Below, piece by piece: positions 55,167-64,000 of a stretch of 64,000 bases of DNA; within the stretch, counting starts at the first letter, position 1, and the number at the start of each line of letters is the position of its first letter. The notes below the pieces were generated by a model. The model searched no databases. It was not told where the DNA came from and worked only from the letters and a program-made list of their open reading frames with translations. A program made the translations under genes and the position numbers. Origin of the DNA: a virus; the IMG/VR virus record IMGVR_UViG_3300050025_000577. One strand, given 5' to 3'.

Positions 55167-56404
55167 TGAACACCGGGTTTCCATTTGCCTTCGGCCAAAA
55201 CCAGGGCGCCTGGTACGGTACAGGCGACCCAATGGACGCCGTGAACACGCAAGCTTCCGGCGTCGGAATGTGCAACCCGGGAATTGTCACGAATTCTTCC
55301 GGGATGATTTACAACAACTTCAATTTCCAAAATGGTCTCCAGACCATGGGGATCGATAACATCACATCGACTTTTTTGCTTGGATCGGACATCAGCAAAC
55401 CGGCCACCACGTCACTCTTGGTTACGGGTTCTTCGCTGATTTATAACGGAGAAACTTTAGCGGGCGGAGATGTGTTGTTTGGAGACAACACAATCGGCAA
55501 GGCTAATATGCACTGGAACTCCGTGGCTGGAATGCTGGAGTTTAGGGGAGGCACGACTGTACAAGCATATGTCGACACAGACGGATCGATTGTTGCTGGA
55601 GCCGGTGCGCTGAAACTGAATAGTAGTGGCATTTTGTTCACGAGTGGTCTGAACCCGGGTCCAAATGCAGTTACATGGTTTGATACCGGGTATGCCAATT
55701 ACATTGGTTATATCTGGGGATCAGCCGCTTCGATACCTCTCCTTGGCTACGTGGCATCTGTAAATATTACAGCTCCAATGGCGAACAGTGGACAAAAAGC
55801 ATCTCAAATCTACCTCGCTGCCGATGGACTTTATGGAATATCGTCGTTGACGATAACTGCCACTAATTCGCCTGCTACCTACACAGCAGAATTCAATGGA
55901 AGCCTTACAGTTGACAACGCCTTAAGTGTGGCTGGAAATGCGACTGTGGCTGGCTCTCTGCAAGTTGGAAGTGGGTCTGGTTCAGCATCAGAAGTTATTA
56001 ACGGATCAGCGGGATCAGCCAGGGCAATCTTTTTCGACACAAACGGATCGGTGCGCAACGCTATCGTTGGCGCAAATGGCACAGCAGAGAATGGAGCGAA
56101 TGTTGGCTCCAATATGTCGATCAATAACTACGATGATAGCGGCGTTTTTCTGCGAAGCGTGCTCGTCATCTACCGATCGTCTGGAGTGATTTATACGCCA
56201 ACTGCCATTGCAATTGGATCTGGCTCAAACGTTGCCCCGGGCTCTGTAGGATCGCTGGTTATCCCATACATAACATCCCAAACGACCGCAACCGACGCGC
56301 TGGCAGGAAACACACCGGCTTGCCTTGTAGCAATTAATAACGGCACAACATATAAGCTCGGCGTCCGCATGGGCGGAACGTGGCGATACGTGGCCGTAGC
56401 ATAG
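55166..56404 (+). CDS. Tail fibre or receptor-binding protein
   Basis: G/S/T/N-rich beta repeats, terminal GGTWRYV. Confidence 0.7.
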   Translation: MNTGFPFAFGQNQGAWYGTGDPMDAVNTQASGVGMCNPGIVTNSSGMIYNNFNFQNGLQTMGIDNITSTFLLGSDISKPATTSLLVTGSSLIYNGETLAGGDVLFGDNTIGKANMHWNSVAGMLEFRGGTTVQAYVDTDGSIVAGAGALKLNSSGILFTSGLNPGPNAVTWFDTGYANYIGYIWGSAASIPLLGYVASVNITAPMANSGQKASQIYLAADGLYGISSLTITATNSPATYTAEFNGSLTVDNALSVAGNATVAGSLQVGSGSGSASEVINGSAGSARAIFFDTNGSVRNAIVGANGTAENGANVGSNMSINNYDDSGVFLRSVLVIYRSSGVIYTPTAIAIGSGSNVAPGSVGSLVIPYITSQTTATDALAGNTPACLVAINNGTTYKLGVRMGGTWRYVAVA

Positions 56405-56415
56405 AAAGGATACTC

Positions 56416-56898
56416 ATGAAAAAGGTTTTTCTCTTGGCGATTTTGGTCGTATGTATTTTGTTCCCGGCTCCCGTGCCGGCGAGGGCGTATGAAACCAAAC
56501 CATCAACATGCACGCTGTTCACCAAATTCTCGCCGGTATACCATGACGACCCAACCATCGTGCGTGATCGTTACGCAACCATTAACACTAAAGCACCTTC
56601 CTGCGATCTTGTCAACATTAACCTATTTCCTGATGTTGGCTTTGTAGGCAAGATTGTAAAACGAGCTGCATTCACGTGCGGGCCAACTCTTTCCATCGCA
56701 AGTGGATTGTGGAAACACGGATATTTCATGGTGTTCGTCTTAACGGCTACTCCGCCTATCCCGTTTTGCATACAGCCCGATATACGAATGGATCCCTTGC
56801 AAGTGTGGAGCGACGGTCGCGAAAAGTATGTTGCTGTTTCCGCGATTGAAAACATGTTTTATATAAACAATGTGGTCAAGATCGAGGAACTGAAATAA
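56416..56898 (+). CDS. Secreted hypothetical protein
   Basis: Signal peptide MKKVFLLAILVVCILF...ARA. Confidence 0.6.
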   Translation: MKKVFLLAILVVCILFPAPVPARAYETKPSTCTLFTKFSPVYHDDPTIVRDRYATINTKAPSCDLVNINLFPDVGFVGKIVKRAAFTCGPTLSIASGLWKHGYFMVFVLTATPPIPFCIQPDIRMDPLQVWSDGREKYVAVSAIENMFYINNVVKIEELK

Positions 56899-56949
56899 AT
56901 TCGGTTATCGTGATAACGAAAACTGAATAACATTACAACAGGAGACAAC

Positions 56950-57264
56950 GTGAAAAAAAATCTAAACCAACCCATTTTAAATCTGGACGACAAGCCAGTT
57001 GTTAATACCGAAATCGAAGGCCAGCCTCCTTTGACACTGGCGTATGTCTGCGAAAACGCCCTGCTTTCAAGAAGGCGTGATGACAACCTTTCTGGTGAAG
57101 AACAAGTTAAACGCATGGGCCTCGCATTACGCATCAAAGCCGCAGAAAAAGGCAATGTTCCGATTGATCTTACAAGCGAGGAAGTTGTGTTGCTCAAAAA
57201 TCAGATCGTTCTCACTTACAACACATTGATCACTGGTCGGTCCTTGGTTATGTTGGAAGAATAA
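56950..57264 (+). CDS. Tail fibre assembly chaperone-like protein
   Basis: ILNLDDKP..LTLAYVC..LTSEEVVLLK..LITGR. Confidence 0.6.
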   Translation: MKKNLNQPILNLDDKPVVNTEIEGQPPLTLAYVCENALLSRRRDDNLSGEEQVKRMGLALRIKAAEKGNVPIDLTSEEVVLLKNQIVLTYNTLITGRSLVMLEE

Positions 57265-57290
57265 TAAATCTTACTGTTGCAGGAGTTTCT

Positions 57291-57743
57291 ATGAAAGAAC
57301 TGGAAGGAGATCCCCAGGGGAACGTTTTAGCTCAAATCCTGACCGCGCTAGGCGGCTTCAATGCCCGCCTCATCGACATTAACGAGCATGTTCAGGATAG
57401 TCATCGCGCCTTGAGAGGGTACGATGCAGAGCCCGGCTTGGTGGCGATCACCGAAGAACTGCGGAAGCAAGTCGAGGAGCTCAGCAAGAACACTGGCACC
57501 GATCATGACGCCATCGCATCGTTGATACACCGCATCGAAGCTCTGGAGAAGTACAACATCGACTACCCGCCACTAGCGTGGCTGGTGCGTCATCGGCTCA
57601 AGGCAGTGGCTTTGTGGGCCGCCGCGGGACTGGCACTCATGACCATTCTGCTCTCCCCCGTTCTCAACAAGGACTTTGTCTCGATGATCCTGCATCTGCT
57701 CAAGATCCCGCAGGAAGTGATCGATTTCTACGTTGGGAAGTAA
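57291..57743 (+). CDS. Holin-like coiled-coil membrane protein
   Basis: Coiled coil plus C-terminal TM; last late gene. Confidence 0.55.
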   Translation: MKELEGDPQGNVLAQILTALGGFNARLIDINEHVQDSHRALRGYDAEPGLVAITEELRKQVEELSKNTGTDHDAIASLIHRIEALEKYNIDYPPLAWLVRHRLKAVALWAAAGLALMTILLSPVLNKDFVSMILHLLKIPQEVIDFYVGK

Positions 57744-57768
57744 AGCCAACAAATTCAACGCGAAACAG

Positions 57769-57806
57769 GACAACTCCTTCTTCAGGAGGGGTTGTCTTCT
57801 TTATTT
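57769..57806 (+). terminator. Terminator of the late operon
   Basis: GACAACTCCTTC-TTCA-GGAGGGGTTGTC-TTCTTTATTT. Confidence 0.75.
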
Positions 57807-58684
57807 GCTTCTTTTCCTTTTTTATTCCGCTCATTTTGATCTTCATATATTTTTTTCCAACGATTAACTGTATTTTCAAACTCTTGCCGATTTTTAATTG
57901 GAAGAACTCCAGTTGAAGAATCAAGTCGAATTCTGCCTTCGCCTTTGTCTACAAACTGTGCCGTCGTAACGTATGCAAACACCGGTTTTATTGACCATCC
58001 ATCAACTATCCCCCCAATACGAATTAACAAATGCCATTCTCCAGCAGTTTTTGATTCACAAACTTGACTATCATCACATCCTTTTAATATCATATAACCA
58101 CTCTTTTTTTGCTCAACAACCCTAACTAATGTTCCAGAATTCTCCCTCTCAATAGTTCTCTTACATTCTTTAGTTTGTAAATCACTCTCTACCCAGCCCA
58201 ATCTACCACTAAATCCAACTTCATTACCTCCCATAATCTGATTATCCTTAAACTGAAACCAAACCGCCCTTTCTAAATCGGCAAAGCATTCCGAAATATC
58301 TATTCCTCCGGTGTTCTTTATTGCAATGCAATGATATTTTCCACCATCTAGAGATTGAACTGTGCGAGTGGAAGGCAATATTTCTATCTTATCATTCCAG
58401 TTTGTCAATATATTATCAACAACATCCCAAAGCAACAGGCCAAGAATAATCACAAAAATCAAAGTCAACGGAATCAAAATCGGATGAGTGACATAAAGAA
58501 CAAAAATATAAACCCAAAAAATATTCGGCACTTTATTTGCCATGCCTAACAGAAAATTCCTTACCACAGTATCGCCATCCGTTAGAAACCACAAAATAGA
58601 GAAAATAATCATACCTATAGCAACAGGTATTCGACGGCGATTTATTATTTGGGAAACTAAACGCTGGAAAATTTCTTTGGTCAT
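57782..58684 (-). CDS. AT-rich membrane protein (accessory)
   Basis: Two or three N-terminal TM segments, beta-rich C-terminus. Confidence 0.7.
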   Translation of the reverse strand: MTKEIFQRLVSQIINRRRIPVAIGMIIFSILWFLTDGDTVVRNFLLGMANKVPNIFWVYIFVLYVTHPILIPLTLIFVIILGLLLWDVVDNILTNWNDKIEILPSTRTVQSLDGGKYHCIAIKNTGGIDISECFADLERAVWFQFKDNQIMGGNEVGFSGRLGWVESDLQTKECKRTIERENSGTLVRVVEQKKSGYMILKGCDDSQVCESKTAGEWHLLIRIGGIVDGWSIKPVFAYVTTAQFVDKGEGRIRLDSSTGVLPIKNRQEFENTVNRWKKIYEDQNERNKKGKEANKEDNPS

Positions 58685-58732
58685 TCCTCCATTTTACCCC
58701 TTCGCTTGACGCTAATGGATACACGCCAACTA

Positions 58733-58763
58733 AAAACAGGCGACTGGAACAGTCGCCTGTTTT
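58733..58763. terminator. Bidirectional terminator-like hairpin
   Basis: AAAACAGGCGACTG-GAA-CAGTCGCCTGTTTT. Confidence 0.65.
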
Positions 58764-58843
58764 ATTTCCTACATCGGAAAGTTATTCGCCAACTTCCTCA
58801 AGTAGATATGCTAGGTGTGATAATCTATGGTAATGCACTAATA

Positions 58844-59050
58844 TTAAATTGAGTGTTTAAAGCCCAGCCTAACCGCTGGGCTTTTTCCTCTTGTTTCATT
58901 TTTCTTATTTAGGCGCTTATTCTTCTGCTTGCGCTCTTTTTTATCCTCCTCAACAATTTCGCTTTTGGGAACGGATACTAAATTAGTTACCAATTCCTTG
59001 AAGCGATCAAATTGAGATATTTGAATTTCTGATTTTTGGTCCGCGTTCAT
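58844..59050 (-). CDS. Small basic protein of the kind I associate with IS1595 3' regions
   Basis: FDRFKELVTNLVSVPKSEI. Confidence 0.55.
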   Translation of the reverse strand: MNADQKSEIQISQFDRFKELVTNLVSVPKSEIVEEDKKERKQKNKRLNKKNETRGKSPAVRLGFKHSI

Positions 59051-59056
59051 ATCATC

Positions 59057-59590
59057 CTACCTATCATGATTCCAATTGGTCTTAAAATCCAGTGCTTTTG
59101 TAAATGCGTAGACAGTGCACGATATAACTCCAAAACTACTGCAAACATCGGGCAGTTTGCGATTTGCTCTTTGCTTTTTGGGTTTGGATACTTCTGTGGT
59201 TACAACGCATCGTTCTCTTGGATTAATGAGAGCATAAGCTACCAAGAAGGGATCGCGCCCTATCTCTTCTAATTCATCATCAGTTAGGTCGGGTGCGTAG
59301 CCCTCATTTGTTACGCGCGATACAAGAGATTCGTTTACATCCTCTTTGAGCAACAGAGCGTCGCTAACACTGGATTCTTTTGCCCACCTTGTAAGCAAGT
59401 CTATCCTGCCGGTCTCCTTATCCGGTTTGACATGTCCATCTCTAATTTCCTCATATATTTCGATAGGTATTTTGACAAGCCCCCTTGTTCCTGCGTCTAC
59501 AAGCCATTCCCAAAATTCTGGGACGCGATCAATAGGATAATAATCACGATTTGCATCTATCAGAGCGTTGGCATCAAGCAAATAAATCAA
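59057..59590 (-). CDS. DUF4411-family PIN-like protein
   Basis: YLLDANALI..YYP..FWEWL..DPFLVAYAL..VVTTE..KLPDVC. Confidence 0.85.
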   Translation of the reverse strand: MIYLLDANALIDANRDYYPIDRVPEFWEWLVDAGTRGLVKIPIEIYEEIRDGHVKPDKETGRIDLLTRWAKESSVSDALLLKEDVNESLVSRVTNEGYAPDLTDDELEEIGRDPFLVAYALINPRERCVVTTEVSKPKKQRANRKLPDVCSSFGVISCTVYAFTKALDFKTNWNHDR

Positions 59591-59599
59591 AATACCCTC

Positions 59600-60787
59600 C
59601 TAGTCCGAACGCGCCGTTTCAATTAGGTATCCTACATTTTTTGCCTTGACCCCCAAGACCTTACCTGCCTTTGACGTGCTGAGAGAACCATCAAGCATCA
59701 TTCGATCAACGAGTTGAATCAAGGCTTTTCCAATTCGTTGTTTTCGAATCACGTAGTAATCTGGCCCTCCTTCTGATTTAGGCGCCTCGCGATGCTTGAC
59801 TCGGTTTTGACGCCACATATCCCGAAATGCTTTACTCAGATTATTCCAAGTTGCTTCCTGTATCGCGCCCGCGCGATACAGTTTATAAGCAACCATTGAA
59901 CTACTAAGATTTCGCTCGGTGGCAAATTCAGTTATCTCTTCTAAAGCCTCATCAAATGGAGTATCGTCGTTCACGGTTAGGGAGGCAAGTTTATCTGCGG
60001 ATAAGAGAAACTCTCCTGCGACATCGTTGCAAAATTTCTCAATTGGATTAGTTATTATTGAGTTACTTACCCCAGTTTGACCAAGCCATAGGTGAGTAAG
60101 TTCATGGAGGAGCGTGAATGACCACGCAGAATGACTATCCTGGTCGTTTATAATAATGAATGGTGCTATCGAATCTACTAAAGCGAAGCCCCGAAATATT
60201 TCAGTATCAATTTTGGTATGCCAGCTTCCGAGGTCTCCAATTAGTAAAACAAAAACTCCTTTTGCCTCAGCGGACTCGCGCAACAAAGCAAAAGCATCAT
60301 CCGGACTAGACTGAGCATAAAACTCACCTTGATTTATTTGGAGCGTCTTTCTGATAGATGCTAAAACAGCCGCTACCCCATCGGACATCTTGGATGATCC
60401 AATGAATTGAAGCGGCTCAACCTCTTCGTCCTCCTCCAACGCCGAGTGAACTATACTCTGTCGCGCTACTACATTACGAATGAGAACATCGAGGAAAGCA
60501 TTTTCTGACGCTGAATAATCTTTGGGAAGTGTACGGAAGTCTTGACCCCGATTTCCCTTTCGAGGAGGCGCGGCCATATAGAATGTCAAGAGCGGCCTTC
60601 GGTAAGCCTTTGACATCTTTACCAACAAGGAACGACTCAATATCCCCGTTGTCTCAAATTCTGCAAGACGGTCAACCGCGGATGAGTTTTGCGTATCCAG
60701 AATGGATAACTTCTTCGCGGCTTCATCCAGGGTGAGACTTGCCGTTTTGCGAGCCCAAATGAGTATCTCTGGATTAATTTTTGGCAC
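59600..60787 (-). CDS. XRE-HTH + ImmA/IrrE metallopeptidase
   Basis: LIWARKTASLTLDEAAKKL HTH; FTLLHELTHLWLG (HExxH); IEKFCNDVAGEFL. Confidence 0.88.
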   Translation of the reverse strand: MPKINPEILIWARKTASLTLDEAAKKLSILDTQNSSAVDRLAEFETTGILSRSLLVKMSKAYRRPLLTFYMAAPPRKGNRGQDFRTLPKDYSASENAFLDVLIRNVVARQSIVHSALEEDEEVEPLQFIGSSKMSDGVAAVLASIRKTLQINQGEFYAQSSPDDAFALLRESAEAKGVFVLLIGDLGSWHTKIDTEIFRGFALVDSIAPFIIINDQDSHSAWSFTLLHELTHLWLGQTGVSNSIITNPIEKFCNDVAGEFLLSADKLASLTVNDDTPFDEALEEITEFATERNLSSSMVAYKLYRAGAIQEATWNNLSKAFRDMWRQNRVKHREAPKSEGGPDYYVIRKQRIGKALIQLVDRMMLDGSLSTSKAGKVLGVKAKNVGYLIETARSD

Positions 60788-60814
60788 TTTTTCTACCTCT
60801 AATTTCGGGGCGTC

Positions 60815-61297
60815 TTATACCGCGACGCTCCCCAATGAAACCGAGCTAGAATTCTTTCCAGTCAACTTGTTATAGGTCTCATCAACTTCTACCTGTACAG
60901 AAAGGTTGGAAAAAGAACCAATCTGCATAGCTAATCGAATTCGATGAAGCATAAACCAAGCAGATTTTTGAGTGACACCCAAGGAACGGGCAATCTCATA
61001 AGACGAAACGCCATTCTTGGCATTGGCAATCATCCAAATTGCGGCAAGCCATTTATTCAACTTGACGGGGGAGTCCTCGAAGATAGTACCAACTTTGACA
61101 GAGAATTGTTTTCCACATTTCTTGCACTTCCACACCTTGCGAGTCTCCAAAAAGTATTGTTCTTTACCTTCACAATTCGGGCATGTGACTCCCTTGGGCC
61201 AGCGCAAACTAGCGACAAAATCAATGGCTTCTTTCTGATTGGAGAAGTATATTATCGCGCCTTGCAAGGTACTGGGCAAGCCACTGTTGGTTTTCAT
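60815..61297 (-). pseudogene. IS1595 transposase, N-terminal part only
   Basis: LRWP..CPNC..WKCKKC..FSVKVGTIFEDS..TQKSAWFMLHRIR..EVDETY, then unrelated sequence and stop. Confidence 0.88.
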
Positions 61298-61324
61298 ACC
61301 AACATTCTAGCACAAACGCTCTGG

Positions 61325-61345
61325 TGCGTCAAGTATATTATTTGT
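61325..61345 (-). repeat. IS1595-type terminal inverted repeat
   Basis: Shares ATATACTTGACGCA with the 23395 TIR; its TTGACG, 17 bp, TAGAAT forms a promoter for the transposase. Confidence 0.7.
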
Positions 61346-61354
61346 ATCGAAAAG

Positions 61355-61774
61355 CTATATTGCTTCCAGATCCAGCCACTTGGTAAACTTTACCGATGCG
61401 TCTCGCTCGACTTCATAAAGAGCCATTCCGACCCACACCGGACGATCCCTGAACACCTCCGGGCTGCTCTCTGCCCGCCCCACCAACATTTGCAGATCGT
61501 TCCTGAACAGCATATCGGCGCCAACGGTGGTCATCAGGAACTCCACATCGCCGGCAGTGATGCCGTCCGCTTCGAGCCCAAGGGCATCGAAGCGGAGGAA
61601 GTGGCCGCCTCCATCAAAACGCACAAGCCCGGTATCGTAAACGGTGCGAACCGGCAGACGTGGGAACCAACAATATCTTGGCGGAGGCTTCAAAAAGACG
61701 TTGATCATCTTGCCGCGCACAACCGTCCCTGGCTTGACGGTCTCGATCTCTATTCTCACAATGTTATGCTTCAT
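61355..61774 (-). CDS. Hypothetical phage protein
   Basis: ATGA overlap with the upstream gene. Confidence 0.6.
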   Translation of the reverse strand: MKHNIVRIEIETVKPGTVVRGKMINVFLKPPPRYCWFPRLPVRTVYDTGLVRFDGGGHFLRFDALGLEADGITAGDVEFLMTTVGADMLFRNDLQMLVGRAESSPEVFRDRPVWVGMALYEVERDASVKFTKWLDLEAI

Positions 61775-62208
61775 TGCTCTCCTTCACCCTTGGGGTGAAT
61801 AGTTTTGTAAACACTCTGCTGTATTCCAGCCAGGAACGTGCGGATTTTATATCCAAACGTCATTGCTTCTTCGACCAGGCACAGGCAGATCAGCGCATAG
61901 GAAGCCAGATCCATCAATGTATCCTGAATGCTCTCGCCAACCAGGTCGTTATTCGGGTTGGTGATCAGATTTCCTGCGCGGACAAACTTGTCGCTCATCC
62001 GGATCAGGACGCCGACCTCTGCCGGTATGTGGAAGACTTCCGCGACGCGAAAGTTCGCAAAAGCATCGGAGCTATCTGCGCCGGCGTATCCAGCCGATTT
62101 CCTGATATGCAGCTCTTTGATTTCATCCAGCAATCGCGGGATGCGGTCAGATGTCTTTAGCTCTTCAAGAAGAGCAAGAAAACGTGGATTAGCGGCCATG
62201 CCTGACAA
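61771..62208 (-). CDS. DUF1599-like (nucleotide-modification-associated) protein
   Basis: RKSAGY..FANF..LIRMSDKFVR..ESIQDTLMDLASYAL. Confidence 0.7.
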   Translation of the reverse strand: MSGMAANPRFLALLEELKTSDRIPRLLDEIKELHIRKSAGYAGADSSDAFANFRVAEVFHIPAEVGVLIRMSDKFVRAGNLITNPNNDLVGESIQDTLMDLASYALICLCLVEEAMTFGYKIRTFLAGIQQSVYKTIHPKGEGEQ

Positions 62209-62419
62209 TCCATTCCTGTACAGTGGCAGCCGCCAGGTTTTTCGCCATCTTATTCCATTCGTTCATCGCAGCGTCATCGCCTGCGTCTTGGTCCACAGCG
62301 ACGGATCTCATTCCACAGCCGGCGCACTCCACGGCAATGCCGTGCACGTATTCCATCGTTGTGGTTTCAATCAAGTAAACATTGGCATTTGTCTTGCAAT
62401 GGGGACAAGGGGTAATCAT
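62189..62419 (-). CDS. Lar-like (restriction alleviation family) zinc-ribbon protein
   Basis: PCPHC..VECAGCG..AMNEWN. Confidence 0.65.
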   Translation of the reverse strand: MITPCPHCKTNANVYLIETTTMEYVHGIAVECAGCGMRSVAVDQDAGDDAAMNEWNKMAKNLAAATVQEWIVRHGR

Positions 62420-62491
62420 GGTGTCTCCTACGATCTGAGGTAATACCTGACCCAGGCAGTCATCAAAACGACTGCAACCAGCAGTATGGGA

Positions 62492-62713
62492 TCATTCTCG
62501 GAACTTCTCCTGTGCATCGGTGAGATCAATGATATGGGTGGGTTCGCCTTGAGCGATATCGGCCCACACATACATCGTGATCTTGCCGTCCATGGTTTCG
62601 ATCCAGATAATCGGCTGAGTGCCAGGGACATCCTTCACGCCGCATCCTTCAACGACGATCTCGGCGCGCTGTCTGCCATCGACGGTTCTTTGGTTCATGC
62701 CAAACATATTCAT
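62492..62713 (-). CDS. Hypothetical phage protein
   Basis: GGAG RBS; VWADIAQGEPTHIIDL. Confidence 0.55.
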   Translation of the reverse strand: MNMFGMNQRTVDGRQRAEIVVEGCGVKDVPGTQPIIWIETMDGKITMYVWADIAQGEPTHIIDLTDAQEKFRE

Positions 62714-62826
62714 TGTGTTCTCCAAATTAAATAGGATTGGACAATTGCGGATATGGAAACAGGTTCCACCGCGCCAGGTCGTCCAGGAGGCCAATCGAGG
62801 CAATGCCTGGCGCGGTGGTCCTTTCC

Positions 62827-63798
62827 TTACTTAGCGAAGTCGGGCACCTCTTCTTCGACCGGCTTCTGGAACGCCATGCCGATCGCGGTCATCGCCGCAG
62901 TCGCCATGTCGGGCGTGTACGTGGTGAATTTTGCAGCCCTCAGAGCGGCGCGAACTTGCTCTTCGGTCACGTTGTACTTCTTCTGCGCAGCCGTGAGTAA
63001 GTCCGCAAACGACATGTCGTAGGACTTGGTCTCCGCGGCGGCCATGCTCATGCCAATGGGAGCCTTCTGGCTGGGACGCTCCGTTGCCGGCGCGCCGCCG
63101 TTCAGCCAGTCCGCCAGTTCCTTGAAGAACTTGACATCCGGCTTGACCATCTGGCGGTCGGCCAGTTCCTTCATACGCGACTTGGAGACGATCAGGCGGT
63201 GATCCACATCAATGTCGGCCACCATGGTGAACTCGTACTCCATGCCAGCCCGCTGGATGGGCGCCATGCCAACCTTCACGACCTGTTTCTTGCCGCCTTC
63301 CTCCCTTTGCTCGTATTCCATCTTGGAGCGCATGGTGCAGACGATATGAGCGGGGGATTGAAGCATGGCATCCACCAGCTTGTTGTGCAGCGGCGTCACC
63401 TTCCTCCAGGCAACATACGAGTTGCCGGATCTGGAAGCGGCCACGGCCTGGTCGACCAATGACAACGCGCCGCCTTCGCCTTCCCAGGCATGGGACAGGC
63501 TGTCGATCACGATGACGTTGTAGCCGGCTTCCTCTGCCGCATGCAGCGCCTCAACGTACACTTCCGGGTTGAACATGCGATGATCCATCGGCAGCTCGAG
63601 CACGTCGAACTTGAAGAAATCCGCGTATAACCGGGCAGACCCTCGTTCGGTGTCGATCACGGCGATCCTGCCGTTCGGGCCAGCCAATGCCGTGGCGCAG
63701 GTCAAACTGGTCCAGGTCTTGCCCGAACCAGACGGGCCGTCAATCGCCACACGGGCCTTCAGTTGTTCGCGAACCGCAGTCTGGAATGAAAAGCTCAT
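62827..63798 (-). CDS. AAA_24/Sak4-like ssDNA-annealing ATPase
   Basis: GPSGSGKT, IDTERGS, IDSLSHAWEGEGG, YEF. Confidence 0.88.
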   Translation of the reverse strand: MSFSFQTAVREQLKARVAIDGPSGSGKTWTSLTCATALAGPNGRIAVIDTERGSARLYADFFKFDVLELPMDHRMFNPEVYVEALHAAEEAGYNVIVIDSLSHAWEGEGGALSLVDQAVAASRSGNSYVAWRKVTPLHNKLVDAMLQSPAHIVCTMRSKMEYEQREEGGKKQVVKVGMAPIQRAGMEYEFTMVADIDVDHRLIVSKSRMKELADRQMVKPDVKFFKELADWLNGGAPATERPSQKAPIGMSMAAAETKSYDMSFADLLTAAQKKYNVTEEQVRAALRAAKFTTYTPDMATAAMTAIGMAFQKPVEEEVPDFAK

Positions 63799-63842
63799 TT
63801 GATTTTCTCCATAAATTAGATTTGGTTTCTGTTGTCGGAATG

Positions 63843-63998
63843 TTAGATCGTACAAATTTCAACGAACGGGCAATACTCGCACAGGAAGCTGGGCTCCGTG
63901 TCGGGCATTTCGCCCGTCTCAAGAGCTTTGAGCAGTTTGTTTCTCCTTTCTTCAATGAGTTGTTGGATCTCCGCAGGATCTCTCAGCGGGATCTCGAT
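63843..63998 (-). CDS. 3' end of a Cas4/RecB-like exonuclease entering from the right
   Basis: ...PSFLCEYCPFVEICTI, C-x2-C-x5-C, directly upstream of sak4. Confidence 0.7.
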   Translation of the reverse strand: MEIPLRDPAEIQQLIEERRNKLLKALETGEMPDTEPSFLCEYCPFVEICTI

Positions 63999-64000
63999 CA

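Larger units (their letters stand above)
4860..64000. mobile_element. Tailed phage/prophage, siphovirus-like; right end outside the window
   Basis: TerL, portal, scaffold, capsid, tail tube, chaperone frameshift, tape measure, holins, endolysin, primase, SSB, Sak4; GC-richer than the flanking islands. Confidence 0.93.

Noticed and set aside
55166-56404. Diversity-generating retroelement acting on the tail fibre
   Set aside because: No reverse transcriptase and no template/variable repeat pair seen in the window
58770-58850. Other end of the second IS1595 element (GGTAATGCAC at 58829, or after ATCGGAAA)
   Set aside because: No convincing TIR match and no exact target duplication with the flank at 61346
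63843-64000. Cas4 motif as evidence of a CRISPR locus
   Set aside because: No repeat-spacer array or other cas genes; Cas4-like nucleases beside Sak4 are common phage recombination genes

Overview
Most of the window (about 4.9-57.8 kb and 61.3-64 kb) is a GC-rich tailed phage or prophage with siphovirus-like gene order that continues past the right edge. The host is inferred to be Chloroflexota (Anaerolineae-like) from the style of the attC repeats; this is not proven. Layout: (i) 1-4.7 kb is an AT-rich array of attC-bounded integron-type cassettes with defence-like cargo (EcoRI homologue, HEPN protein, McrA-like HNH, degenerate tyrosine recombinase). (ii) 4.9-31.8 kb holds mostly leftward early and replication genes: ATP-dependent DNA ligase, RtcB, XerC/D-like recombinase, primase, GH25 endolysin, macrodomain, SSB, RNase H. 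(iii) 32.1-57.7 kb is a rightward late operon: holin, HNH, TerL, portal, phosphoesterase, scaffold, N4-gp56-like capsid, tail tube, -1 frameshifted tail chaperone, ~1830-aa tape-measure-like protein, tail and fibre genes. (iv) Two AT-rich islands derive from IS1595-family elements. (v) A second early cluster (Cas4-like nuclease, Sak4, Lar-like, DUF1599-like) sits at the right end. Top finding: a compact phage-encoded ubiquitin-like conjugation operon (Ubl-E2-JAB-E1, 15009-17474) directly upstream of the primase. Other leads: a ~500-nt hairpin-rich promoter-driven ncRNA candidate (21045-21547); a 43-nt two-hairpin RNA motif in three 5' leaders with a compensatory change; a sigma-70 region-2-like segment in the tape-measure-like protein; a shared operator in several promoters; and a non-autonomous IS1595 derivative with an exact 8-bp target duplication carrying a caspase-like gene and an odd tRNA-like gene (anticodon ACT). 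All calls come from motif recognition and manual base-pairing; no database search was run.
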